From positions 103,937 through 167,936 of the forward strand of contig CALCQO010000045.1 of assembly GCA_937894675.1 (NCBI GenBank): 64,000 nt of DNA, in the 5' to 3' direction. The translations under genes were made by a program, and so were the position numbers. The notes under the pieces were generated by a model. It searched no databases. It was not told where the DNA came from and saw only the letters and a list, made by a program, of their open reading frames with translations. Below, piece by piece: positions 1 through 8,843 of this stretch (the stretch's first letter is position 1; the number at the start of each line of letters is the position of its first letter). Source of the DNA: an uncultured Clostridia bacterium (lineage in GTDB: Bacteria; Bacillota; Clostridia; Christensenellales; Aristaeellaceae).

Positions 1-190
1 TATGAGGAGGAGTAAGGCGATGCACCCCAATTTATGGTTGATTCTGGTTTGCGCTTGTGTCGCGGCCGGCGCCTTTTCCATTCACCGGAAAACAAGAATA
101 AAGTAGCTTCGTTATCCCGGTTGTTCCGCCTTTGCGCATATGTATTCTGGTTTGCGCGCACCGCCCGCGCAGCGGGTTGAATAATAAAGG

Positions 191-1024
191 ATGAAGGAAT
201 CCAGCTTGAAAAAAGTATCCATTATCATGGGCATATACAACTGCGAGGGGACCGTTGGGGAGTCCATTGATTCCATCATCGGGCAAACCTATCCCCATTG
301 GGAGCTGATACTTTGCGACGATGGTTCCAGCGATGGAACCTACGCGCGCGCCAAGGAGTACGCGGACAGGTATCCTGAGCAAATCATCCTGCTGAAGAAT
401 GAAAAAAACCTCGGCCTGAACATGACGCTGAACAAATGCCTGGAGAAAGCTACAGGTGAATACATCGCCCGGCAGGATGGGGATGACATTTCCCTGCCGG
501 AGCGCTTTGAGAAGGAAGTAGCCTTTCTTGGGGAGCATCCGGAGTATGCCATTGTCAGCGCTGCCATGGTGCATGTTGATGAACAGGGCCCCTGGGGCAC
601 CAGCGACTTCCCCCGGCAGCCCACCCCCGCGGACTTTATGCGGGGTTCCCCCATCGCCCATGCCCCCTGCATGATCCGCCAGGAAGCCTTCCGCGCCGTG
701 GGCGGGTACAGCGTGTCGCCCAAACTGCTGCGGGTAGAAGACTACCACCTCTGGTACAAGATGTACATGAAGGGTTATTACGGCTACAACATGCCCGAAG
801 CCCTCTACCACTGCAGCGATGACCGCGATGCCCAGGGCAGGCGGAACTTTCAGAACCGCCTCAACGAATGCCGCATGAAATGGATGATTTTCCGGGATAT
901 GAAGCCGGGCCTGCGCACCCTGCCCTATTTGGTGCGCCCCCTGCTGGTGGGCATGCTGCCCAGCCCCCTGTACCGCTTTTTGCACCGCAGGAAACTGCAG
1001 TCGGATACACAGAATCTTTCTTAG
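191..1024 (+). CDS. Family 2 glycosyltransferase
   Basis: 277-aa ORF with GT-A signature VSIIMGIYNCE...LCDDGSSDGT and a DGDD (DxD) motif. It lies immediately upstream of the giant surface-protein gene. Confidence 0.8.
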   Translation: MKESSLKKVSIIMGIYNCEGTVGESIDSIIGQTYPHWELILCDDGSSDGTYARAKEYADRYPEQIILLKNEKNLGLNMTLNKCLEKATGEYIARQDGDDISLPERFEKEVAFLGEHPEYAIVSAAMVHVDEQGPWGTSDFPRQPTPADFMRGSPIAHAPCMIRQEAFRAVGGYSVSPKLLRVEDYHLWYKMYMKGYYGYNMPEALYHCSDDRDAQGRRNFQNRLNECRMKWMIFRDMKPGLRTLPYLVRPLLVGMLPSPLYRFLHRRKLQSDTQNLS

Positions 1025-1123
1025 GAAAAACAAGCTGATGCCCTCCATCCCAGAATGGCAGGCATATGCCGATGGCTCGAATTGTAAATCTTCCTGTTGC
1101 CCCCGGGAGGGTGTCTGTATACA

Positions 1124-1152
1124 TTGACATCCTCCCGTTATTGTAATAAAAT
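1124..1152 (+). promoter_or_regulatory. Sigma-A-type promoter of the surface-protein gene
   Basis: TTGACA (1124-1129), 17-nt spacer, TAAAAT (1147-1152), about 40 nt upstream of ATG 1193. Confidence 0.55.
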
Positions 1153-1192
1153 TGTAATGAATTGGCGAAGAACCAAAGGAGGAGGCATCTGT

Positions 1193-4100
1193 ATGAATCA
1201 TGCCCGTCGTTTCAACATATCCCGGGGAGGGGCGCTTTTCTTAGCCCTGATGATGCTGCTGTCGCCCGTAATGGGTTTGGCGCAGCCGCCCCTGGATCCC
1301 ATCACCATCGCCGCGTCCTGGACGGGAGCGGACGGCTCTGCCCAGACGGCGAATTCCGTCCTGGTAACCTATGAAGGGTACCAGAACACCTACTGGCTGT
1401 ATCTGCCCATGGAGGCGGTGCAGGCGGATGCCGCGGTGACGGTAACCGACAACTACCCTGGCACCTATCCCGGCGGCTTCACCCTGCCCCAGGGACAGCC
1501 CCTGAGCATGCTGGGGTACATTGACGCGGGCGCAGGTTTGAGCCAGCAGCCAGTGTATTTCCAGGCCCTGGACGCAAACAATATGCCCATGGCTGATTTT
1601 ACTTTGTATGTATCCACCCTGGCTCCCACCCCAGAGCCGCCCCAGCCGGTGGAAACCCCGGTGCCCCAGCCCCTGAACATCCCTGTTCGCTATGTGGATC
1701 AGAACACAGGAGCCGAGCTGATGCCCGCTTCCAGCGTGTCCGCCCCGGTGGGGCAGACAACCCCGGTATACGCACAGCCCATTGACGGATATACCCCCAC
1801 CCAGAACGAGCAGGCGGTTACCGTGGACGGTAGCGGCATGGCCAATGTGGCGGAAGTTGTTTTCTACTACACCGCCAACGCCACACCGGTGCCCGAGCCT
1901 TTGAATATTCCCGTGCGCTATGTGGATCAGAACACTGGAGCCGAGCTGATGCCCGCTTCCAGCGTGTCCGCCCCGGTGGGGCAGACAACCCCGGTATACG
2001 CACAGCCCATTGACGGCTACACCCCCACCCAGAACGAGCAGGTGGTTACCGTGGACGCAAACGGCATGGCCAATGTGGCGGAAATTGTCTTCTATTACAC
2101 CGCCAACGCCACCCCGGTGCCCGAGCCTTTGAATATCCCGGTGCGCTATGTGGATCAGAACACTGGAGCCGAGCTGATGCCCGCTTCCAGCGTGTCCGCT
2201 CCCGTGGGGCAGACCACCCCGGTCTACGCTCAGCCCATTGACGGATACACAGCTACCCAGAACGAGCAGGCGGTTACCGTGGACGCAAACGGCATGGCCA
2301 ATATGGCGGAGGTAGTCTTCTACTACACCGCCAACGCCACCCCGGTGCCCGAGCCTTTGAATATCCCGGTGCGCTATGTGGATCAGAACACTGGAGCCGA
2401 GCTGATGCCCGCTTCCAGCGTGTCCGCTCCCGTGGGGCAGACCACCCCGGTCTACGCTCAGCCCATTGACGGATACACAGCTACCCAGAACGAGCAGGCG
2501 GTTACCGTGGACGCAAACGGCATGGCCAATATGGCGGAGGTAGTCTTCTACTACACCGCCAACGCCACCCCGGTGCCCGAGCCCCTGAACATCCCGGTGC
2601 GCTATGTGGATCAGAACACAGGAGCCGAGCTGATGCCCGCTTCCAGCGTGTCCGCCCCGGTGGGGCAGACCACCCCGGTCTATGCCCAGCCCATTGACGG
2701 CTATACCCCCGCCCAGAACGAGCAGGCGGTTACCGTGGACGCAAACGGCATGGCCAATGTGGCGGAAGTAGTCTTCTACTACACCGCCAACGCCACCGCT
2801 GTACCCGAACCCACCCAGACCCCCGCCCCCGCGCAGATACCCGTCTATTACAAGGACAGGGACAGCGGCGCGGACGTTGCCAGCGCCCAGAGCGTAACCG
2901 CCGAGGCCGGCAAGGAAACCCAGATTTACGCCCAGCCCGCTGATTTGCAGGCCGGCTATACCCTCGCTGACGGGGTGGATGTGCAAACCGTGTCGGTGGA
3001 CGAAAACGGCGTGGCCACCCCCGCTGAAATCACCTTCCTGTATGTGCAGAAAGCGCTGCCCGTGCTCACCATCCGCTTTGTGGATGAGACCACCGGGCAG
3101 GATGTCGCCCCCAGCAAAACCATGTCCATGACGCCGGGCGAGCACGACATTCTGGCCGAGCCGGACAACCTGCCCGAGCTGTACGCCCCCTCCGGCCCCA
3201 CCACCCAGCGGGTTACCGCGACGGAGGACATGGTCAGCCCCGATACCTTGACCTTCTTCTACAAGCCCAAGGTCAGCGAGCCTGTGGACGTGCCCGTGCG
3301 CTTTGTGGACAGGGACGGCAACCCCGTCGCCACCGCCAAGGTATTCCAGGCTGCCGACGGTACCAACACCATCAAAGCCGAGCCGGATGATCTGCAGACC
3401 GGCTATCAGCTGATTGAGGGAGAGCCGGATACCAAGTACGTGATTGTCAGCAACAACACCGCGGACCCGGCCGAGGTGCTCTTCCACTACGAGTTCGTGG
3501 AGACCCCGGTGGTCACCGAGGTGCCCACCCCCACCCCGGAACCCGCCCCCAAGGTTGCCATTGTGACCATCTATTACAGGGACCAGTTTGGTGCTTCCCT
3601 GATTAACCCGCCGGAAACCGTCACGGTAACGGAAGGCCAGCCCGCCACGGTAGCCGTGGATCCGACCAAACTGGACAGCCGCCGGTATGAGCTGACCAGC
3701 GCCGCCGAGCAGGTGGTAACCGTGGACGCCAGCGGCATCGCCTCCCCCGAGCAGGTGGTCTTCCTCTACAAGGATTTAAGCGTTGACCGCACCGCGGAAA
3801 TACAGGTGAAATACCTGGATCAGGCCGACGGCGAAGTGGCCCCCGCGGAAACCGTGCCGGTGAAACTGGGCGACAACACCATCACCAGCAAGCATGAAAC
3901 AGCCCCTGAGGGCTTTGAAGCCCAGCAGCCCACCAGCCAGACTGTCAACCTGAGCCCCGAAGGCGTGCTTACCCCCAGCGAGGTGGTGTTCCGCTTTACC
4001 AAGGTGGAAATCACCCCCTCCCCCGTGCCCGAGCCCACCGCCTTCCCCTTTACCCTGAAGGAAATGGACGCCTACGCCTACCCCCGCAGCAATGAGATCA

Positions 4101-6721
4101 ACTTCCGTTCCGAGCCGCTGGCGTCGGGCACGGAGAATATCATCCGCAAGGTGGGCGCTCAGGATTTGATGCATATCACCGGCAGCCTGGTGAACAACCG
4201 GGATGAGGTATGGTACTTTGGCACCATCGACGGTGTGGAAGGGTTTATGAAGCAGGATGTGACCCGTATCCTGACGGAGGATGAGACCGCGGCGGCCCTT
4301 GGCTACACCCCCGCGCCCACCACCGGCCCCACCCCCAGCCCCACCCCGGTGGCGGACGGTGTTGCCCTGAACATCTGGGGCGTGGCCAACGCCAACTCCC
4401 TGCGCTTCCGCGCCGAGCCCTCCACCAAGGCCAAGGTGGTGGCGGACCTGAAAAAGGGCGACAAGGTATTCGTTTATCAGCAGCAAACCTCCGAGGAGGA
4501 AAAGTGGTACGCCGCCGTGTTCAACGGCAAGGAAGGCTTTGTCATGTCCAGCTTCATCGATCTGATGAGCAAGCAGGAAAGCGACAAGCTGCAGGCGTCC
4601 CTGCCCTCCCCCGCTCCTGTGCGCACCCTGCCGCCGCTGGCTACAGAAAAGCCGGCGGCCACCACCCAGGCGCCGGCTACCGCGACGCCCGTGGCCACCA
4701 CCATGGTGGTAACCGCCTCGCCCCAGCCGACAGCCTCCGCGGCCCCCGCCCCCTACCGGGGCTACGCCCTGACCACCAGGCAGGTGCCGCTGCGCACGGG
4801 CATCAGTGAGTCCAGCGAGTTCATCCTGGCCACATTGCCCCAGAACGCCCTGGTGTTGATTTCCGGCCAGGCCTACGTGGAAGGGACTGCCTGGAACCAT
4901 GTGGAAGCCCTGAGCATCAAACAGACCGGGTATATCCCCGACAGCGCCCTGCGCCGCATCGATCCCCAGGAAGCGCAGCCCTATCTGAACGCGCTGCAGA
5001 CCACCCCCTCCCCCACCCCTGTGCGCATTACCCAGCAGGTAACGGGCTTTGCCATCACCATCGGCAGCAATGTGCCCATGCGCAGCTACTTCAACACCAA
5101 CGCGGAAATCATCGCCCTGCTTGGCATGGGCGAGGTGGTGCAGGTGCTGGGCCAGGAAGCCCAGGACAACATCACCTGGCATGTGGTGCAGTTCAATGGC
5201 TTGTACGGCTTTATCCGCACCGACCAGCTGCGCATGCTGAACCCCACCGAGTCCCAGAGCTATCTGAACTCCCTGCGCGCCACACTGCCCCCCGCTGTGA
5301 CACCCGCCGTGCAATTGACCCAGAACAGCCTGTCCAGCTACGGCTATGTGAACACCGACAAGGTGCGCCTGCGCAAGGAAGCCAACACCAATTCCGCGTA
5401 CCTGAAGATGATGGACAAAAACGCTTTTGCCCTGGTATTGGGCAGCGTCATCGGTGCCGACGGCAGCACCTGGTACAAGATCAACCAGGCGGGCACGGAA
5501 GGCTATGTGATGGGCAGCTACTTTACCGTACTGCCGATGAACCAGCTGACCACCTTCCTGCAAAGCTCCGACTACCTCAACGCCAATACCGGCGCTTCCT
5601 CCTCCGGCGGCAAACCGGCCTCCCAGATTACCGCGGTGGAAGACTTCAACGCCCAGGTTTGGAAGAACCCCACCCTGGCTCAGGCCAGCTATGAGCCCTT
5701 CAACCCGCTGGGCTCCCCCACCCCCCAGGTGGAAGCCATCGTGACCCCCTCGCCCGAGCCGTCTGAGACGCCGGAAGCGACGGTAAGCTTCGGGCCGCTG
5801 ACCACTGAAACACCGGTTTCGCCTTCCTCCTCCTTCCCCACAGGGCTGCTGGCCATCGGGCTGTTAGCCGTGCTGGGCGGCGGCGGATACTACGCCTACT
5901 ACATGTACAAACAGAACCAGCAGCGCGCCGCTGCCCGCAACGCCAAGCGCCGCCAGCAGCAGCAACAGCAGCAGCAGGCGGGCGGCCCCCAGACAAGGCC
6001 GGCGCAGACCCAGGGCACTGCCGCTTATCAGCCCCCCCGTCCCCGCACCCCCGGCGCCCCCGGGCAGACAGGCGCGGCCGGACAGCCCGGACAACCGCCC
6101 CAGGCAGGCGCCCAGGGAACCCAGCGTCCCCTGAGCCAGCAGCCGCCCCAGGGAGGTCCCCAGGGAACAAGCCAGTACCGCCCGGCCCAGCCCGGCGTGC
6201 AGGGAACGGCGCAATACCGTCCTGAGCAGACTGGCACCCAGGGTACCACCCAGTACCGCCCCGCGGGCCAGGTGCCCCCAAGTGCCCCCGGCCAGGCCGG
6301 AACAAACGGACAGGCTGGCGCGAGCGGCACCCCCGCCGCGGGAACCGCCCAATACCGGCCCGTAACCCAGCAGGGTGCCCCCGGACAGACCGGCATGCCC
6401 CCTGCCCAGACGGCGGGAACCACCCAGTTCCGTCCGCTGAACCAGCCGCCCATCCAGGGCACCCCGGCTCAGCCCCCCCTTAGCGGCCAGCAGGCGCCCC
6501 TCCAGGACAGCGCCCAGACGCCGCAACCTACCCGGCAACTGCCCGTCCAGAAGGCAGACACCCAGGCGCCAACGGATAAACCGGTGGAATCCGCCGCGGA
6601 CAGAACCGTTGATGCCGTCCCGGAGAAACCCAGCCAGGCAGGCGAAACGAAGCCTTCCGAAGGGGAAGCTTCCCGCCGCCGCCGCAGGGCAGACAGGCAC
6701 GACGATGAACCCGACGCGTAA
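1193..6721 (+). CDS. Giant membrane-anchored surface protein: signal peptide, 10 MucBP-like modules, 5 SH3b-like modules, one TM helix, P/Q/G-rich cytoplasmic tail
   Basis: ORF 1097-6721 trimmed to ATG 1193, which has AAAGGAGGAGG at 1176-1186 and a signal-like N-terminus MNHARRFNISRGGALFLALMMLLSPVMGLAQP. Modules of the form IPVRYVDQNTG...GYT...VVFYY match the MucBP pattern. Later modules of the form LRFRAEPS...WY...G.EGFV are SH3b-like. The hydrophobic LLAIGLLAVLGGGGYYAYYMY is followed by basic KQNQQRAAARNAKRR. Confidence 0.85.
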   Translation: MNHARRFNISRGGALFLALMMLLSPVMGLAQPPLDPITIAASWTGADGSAQTANSVLVTYEGYQNTYWLYLPMEAVQADAAVTVTDNYPGTYPGGFTLPQGQPLSMLGYIDAGAGLSQQPVYFQALDANNMPMADFTLYVSTLAPTPEPPQPVETPVPQPLNIPVRYVDQNTGAELMPASSVSAPVGQTTPVYAQPIDGYTPTQNEQAVTVDGSGMANVAEVVFYYTANATPVPEPLNIPVRYVDQNTGAELMPASSVSAPVGQTTPVYAQPIDGYTPTQNEQVVTVDANGMANVAEIVFYYTANATPVPEPLNIPVRYVDQNTGAELMPASSVSAPVGQTTPVYAQPIDGYTATQNEQAVTVDANGMANMAEVVFYYTANATPVPEPLNIPVRYVDQNTGAELMPASSVSAPVGQTTPVYAQPIDGYTATQNEQAVTVDANGMANMAEVVFYYTANATPVPEPLNIPVRYVDQNTGAELMPASSVSAPVGQTTPVYAQPIDGYTPAQNEQAVTVDANGMANVAEVVFYYTANATAVPEPTQTPAPAQIPVYYKDRDSGADVASAQSVTAEAGKETQIYAQPADLQAGYTLADGVDVQTVSVDENGVATPAEITFLYVQKALPVLTIRFVDETTGQDVAPSKTMSMTPGEHDILAEPDNLPELYAPSGPTTQRVTATEDMVSPDTLTFFYKPKVSEPVDVPVRFVDRDGNPVATAKVFQAADGTNTIKAEPDDLQTGYQLIEGEPDTKYVIVSNNTADPAEVLFHYEFVETPVVTEVPTPTPEPAPKVAIVTIYYRDQFGASLINPPETVTVTEGQPATVAVDPTKLDSRRYELTSAAEQVVTVDASGIASPEQVVFLYKDLSVDRTAEIQVKYLDQADGEVAPAETVPVKLGDNTITSKHETAPEGFEAQQPTSQTVNLSPEGVLTPSEVVFRFTKVEITPSPVPEPTAFPFTLKEMDAYAYPRSNEINFRSEPLASGTENIIRKVGAQDLMHITGSLVNNRDEVWYFGTIDGVEGFMKQDVTRILTEDETAAALGYTPAPTTGPTPSPTPVADGVALNIWGVANANSLRFRAEPSTKAKVVADLKKGDKVFVYQQQTSEEEKWYAAVFNGKEGFVMSSFIDLMSKQESDKLQASLPSPAPVRTLPPLATEKPAATTQAPATATPVATTMVVTASPQPTASAAPAPYRGYALTTRQVPLRTGISESSEFILATLPQNALVLISGQAYVEGTAWNHVEALSIKQTGYIPDSALRRIDPQEAQPYLNALQTTPSPTPVRITQQVTGFAITIGSNVPMRSYFNTNAEIIALLGMGEVVQVLGQEAQDNITWHVVQFNGLYGFIRTDQLRMLNPTESQSYLNSLRATLPPAVTPAVQLTQNSLSSYGYVNTDKVRLRKEANTNSAYLKMMDKNAFALVLGSVIGADGSTWYKINQAGTEGYVMGSYFTVLPMNQLTTFLQSSDYLNANTGASSSGGKPASQITAVEDFNAQVWKNPTLAQASYEPFNPLGSPTPQVEAIVTPSPEPSETPEATVSFGPLTTETPVSPSSSFPTGLLAIGLLAVLGGGGYYAYYMYKQNQQRAAARNAKRRQQQQQQQQAGGPQTRPAQTQGTAAYQPPRPRTPGAPGQTGAAGQPGQPPQAGAQGTQRPLSQQPPQGGPQGTSQYRPAQPGVQGTAQYRPEQTGTQGTTQYRPAGQVPPSAPGQAGTNGQAGASGTPAAGTAQYRPVTQQGAPGQTGMPPAQTAGTTQFRPLNQPPIQGTPAQPPLSGQQAPLQDSAQTPQPTRQLPVQKADTQAPTDKPVESAADRTVDAVPEKPSQAGETKPSEGEASRRRRRADRHDDEPDA
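1670..2809 (+). repeat. Five in-frame 228-bp tandem repeats (76 codons each) inside the surface-protein gene
   Basis: The TATGTGGATCAG landmark recurs at 1691, 1919, 2147, 2375 and 2603, an exact 228-nt period. Units 2126-2353 and 2354-2581 read as identical. Confidence 0.95.
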
Positions 6722-6734
6722 CACCTGAACCCTC

Positions 6735-6765
6735 CCCCCGGGCAAATGCCCGGGGGATTCCTTTG
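6735..6765 (+). terminator. Intrinsic terminator after the surface-protein gene
   Basis: 9-bp GC stem CCCCCGGGC-AAAT-GCCCGGGGG (6735-6756) followed by ATTCCTTTG. Confidence 0.6.
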
Positions 6766-6792
6766 CAATCCCCCATCCCGCCTGTGTTTGCT

Positions 6793-6820
6793 TTGCAAAT
6801 GAGGCGGGCTATGGTATACT
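6793..6820 (+). promoter_or_regulatory. Promoter with extended -10 for the NYN/LOTUS gene string
   Basis: TTGCAA (6793-6798), 16-nt spacer, TGGTATACT (6812-6820). Confidence 0.55.
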
Positions 6821-6884
6821 GACTATGCTTCATCAAGTACAATTTTGAAGTGATTACATGCCCTGAAGGCATAAGGAGATACAT

Positions 6885-7871
6885 TTGGCTACATCAAAAT
6901 TCGCGATTTTTGTCGACCTGGAAAACTGCGGCGCGAAGGTCGAAACCCTCAACAACATTTTAGAAAAGGTGAAAATCCGCGGCGACATCCTGCTGGGCAA
7001 GGTGTACGGCTACACCGACGGGTTTAGCGCCTTAAAGGAAGTGCTGCTGTCCAACACCTTCAATGTGGTGCCCTCCCTGCGCTACGGCATCAGCCAGAAG
7101 AACAACGCCGACATCCAGCTGGTGCTGGACGCCATGGAGGTGGCCTACACCAACACCCTGATCGACTCTTTCTGCATTGTTTCGGGCGACAGCGACTACA
7201 CCCCCCTGGTGGGCAAACTCAAGAGCATGGGCAAGTACGTGCTGGGCATCTCCCGCAGTGAAGTGGCCAGCAAGATTTTTATCAATGCCTGCAACGAGTT
7301 CCAGTTTCTGGAGACAGTGGCCACCCGCCGCGCGCCTGTAGTAAAGAGCCGCAAGCCCAATGTGGAGGAAAACGGCGATGAGGCTTCCCTGGTGAAGCTG
7401 CTGGAGAGCATCCTGGACGAGCAGGCGGATGAGGACGAAATGTTCGCCAGCGAACTCAAGGGCATCCTGCTGCGCCTGCGCCCCGACTTTGACGAGAAGA
7501 GCTACGGCTGCAATACCTTCTCCAAACTCCTGACCAAGCTGTCGGGCAAGTATGGGGTCATCAAGGTGCGCAACGAAAACAACAATGTCATGGTGTCCCT
7601 CTCCGGCGACACCGTCAAGACCGCCAGCCTGCTGGACAGCGCCAACTGGGTCAGCGTGTTTGAGGATCAGCTCAAACGCTACAAGGATGACGGGTTCGAG
7701 CGCATCAACCCCAGCATCCTCAAGGCGGATATCACCAGCCAGTACCCGGATTTCAGCGAGAAAGGCATCGGCTTTAAGCGCTTCAGCGACATCCTGAAGG
7801 ATTTGGAGAGGCGCGATGTGTTGAAGTTGGAAATGGACGACCAGAAGAACATGCTGGTTAAAATGCTGTAA
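6885..7871 (+). CDS. NYN-domain (PIN-like RNase) protein with two C-terminal OST-HTH/LOTUS domains
   Basis: TTG start with AAGGAGA at 6873-6879. NYN signature FAIFVDLENC...NNADIQLVLDAME...CIVSGDSDYTPLVGKLKSMGKYVLGI, then two LOTUS-like segments (LVKLLESILDE...GCNTFSKLL; FKRFSDILKDLERRDVLKL). Confidence 0.75.
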   Translation: MATSKFAIFVDLENCGAKVETLNNILEKVKIRGDILLGKVYGYTDGFSALKEVLLSNTFNVVPSLRYGISQKNNADIQLVLDAMEVAYTNTLIDSFCIVSGDSDYTPLVGKLKSMGKYVLGISRSEVASKIFINACNEFQFLETVATRRAPVVKSRKPNVEENGDEASLVKLLESILDEQADEDEMFASELKGILLRLRPDFDEKSYGCNTFSKLLTKLSGKYGVIKVRNENNNVMVSLSGDTVKTASLLDSANWVSVFEDQLKRYKDDGFERINPSILKADITSQYPDFSEKGIGFKRFSDILKDLERRDVLKLEMDDQKNMLVKML

Positions 7872-7881
7872 GGAGACACAA

Positions 7882-8820
7882 ATGCCTAACCCTGTGTATT
7901 CCATCATCATTCCCTGCTACAACGAGCAGGAGGTGCTCACCGAGACCCACCGCCGCCTGACGGCGGTGATGGAAGAGATGGGCGAAAGCTACGAGCTGGT
8001 CTATGTCAATGATGGCTCCCGGGACAATACCCCCGCCATGCTCAACGACCTGGCGGCCCAGGACCCCCATGTGCGGGTGGTACATTTCGCCCGCAACGGC
8101 GGGCACCAGATTGCCGTTACCGCGGGGCTGGACTACGCCTCCGGCGACGCCCTGGTGATCATTGACGCCGATTTGCAGGACCCGCCTGAAGTGATCCCGG
8201 AAATGGCCGCCAAGTGGAAGGAAGGCTTCGAGGTGGTGTACGGGCAGCGCCGCAGCCGCCAGGGGGAAAGCCGTTTCAAGGAAATGACGGCTAAAGCCTA
8301 CTACAAGATTCTGCAGAAGCTGGCCGGGGACATTTTCCCCCGCGATACAGGGGATTTCCGCCTGGTGGACCGCAAGGTGGCGGACGTCATCCGGGGGATG
8401 CCCGAGCATTCCCGCTATCTGCGGGGCATGTTCGCCTGGGCAGGCTTTAAGCAGACCCCTGTGCTGTTTGACAGGGACAAGCGTTTTGCCGGGGAGACCC
8501 ATTATCCCCTGAAAAAGATGATCAAGCTGGCCATGGACGGCATCCTGTCCTTTTCGGACAAGCCGCTGACACTGCCTCTGGTGCTTGGGTCTGTGATGAC
8601 CGCCCTAGGCGGGCTGATGGGGCTGATCCTGCTGATTCTTTTGCTCTTCCATACCCAGGGCGGGCTGTGGTGGATCGCTTCCCTCATTTTGCTCACGGGC
8701 GGCGTCATCCTGCTGTGCATGGGCATCCAGGGCAGGTATCTGGCTAGGGTGTATGAGGAAGTCAAAGGCCGGCCTCTGTACGTGGTGGGCGACACCCGCG
8801 GTTTTGAGGGCGAAGCCTGA
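7882..8820 (+). CDS. Polyprenol-phosphate glycosyltransferase (GT2, GtrB/ArnC-like) with two C-terminal TM helices
   Basis: YSIIIPCYNEQEVL...VYVNDGSRDNT...VIIDADLQDPPEVIPEM, plus a hydrophobic C-terminus (LPLVLGSVMTALGGLMGLILLILLL, WWIASLILLTGGVILLCMGI). RBS AAGGAG. Confidence 0.85.
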   Translation: MPNPVYSIIIPCYNEQEVLTETHRRLTAVMEEMGESYELVYVNDGSRDNTPAMLNDLAAQDPHVRVVHFARNGGHQIAVTAGLDYASGDALVIIDADLQDPPEVIPEMAAKWKEGFEVVYGQRRSRQGESRFKEMTAKAYYKILQKLAGDIFPRDTGDFRLVDRKVADVIRGMPEHSRYLRGMFAWAGFKQTPVLFDRDKRFAGETHYPLKKMIKLAMDGILSFSDKPLTLPLVLGSVMTALGGLMGLILLILLLFHTQGGLWWIASLILLTGGVILLCMGIQGRYLARVYEEVKGRPLYVVGDTRGFEGEA

Positions 8821-8843
8821 AATTTTACATCAAAGGAGAACCT

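Noticed and set aside
1670-2809. The 228-bp tandem repeats as a non-coding satellite, a CRISPR-like array or a mobile-element remnant.
   Set aside because: The period is a multiple of 3, the repeats are in frame, and each unit encodes a complete MucBP-like module. There are no unique spacers.
32-6884. Long minus-strand ORFs (32-1201, 1241-3487, 3776-5563, 5700-6305, 5864-6745, 6028-6462, 6469-6884) and small plus-frame ORFs inside the surface-protein gene.
   Set aside because: They are antisense or out-of-frame to genes with clear domain content. Their products are Gly/Arg/His/Pro-rich and low in complexity, they have no RBS, and they are typical stop-codon-poor frames of GC-rich DNA.
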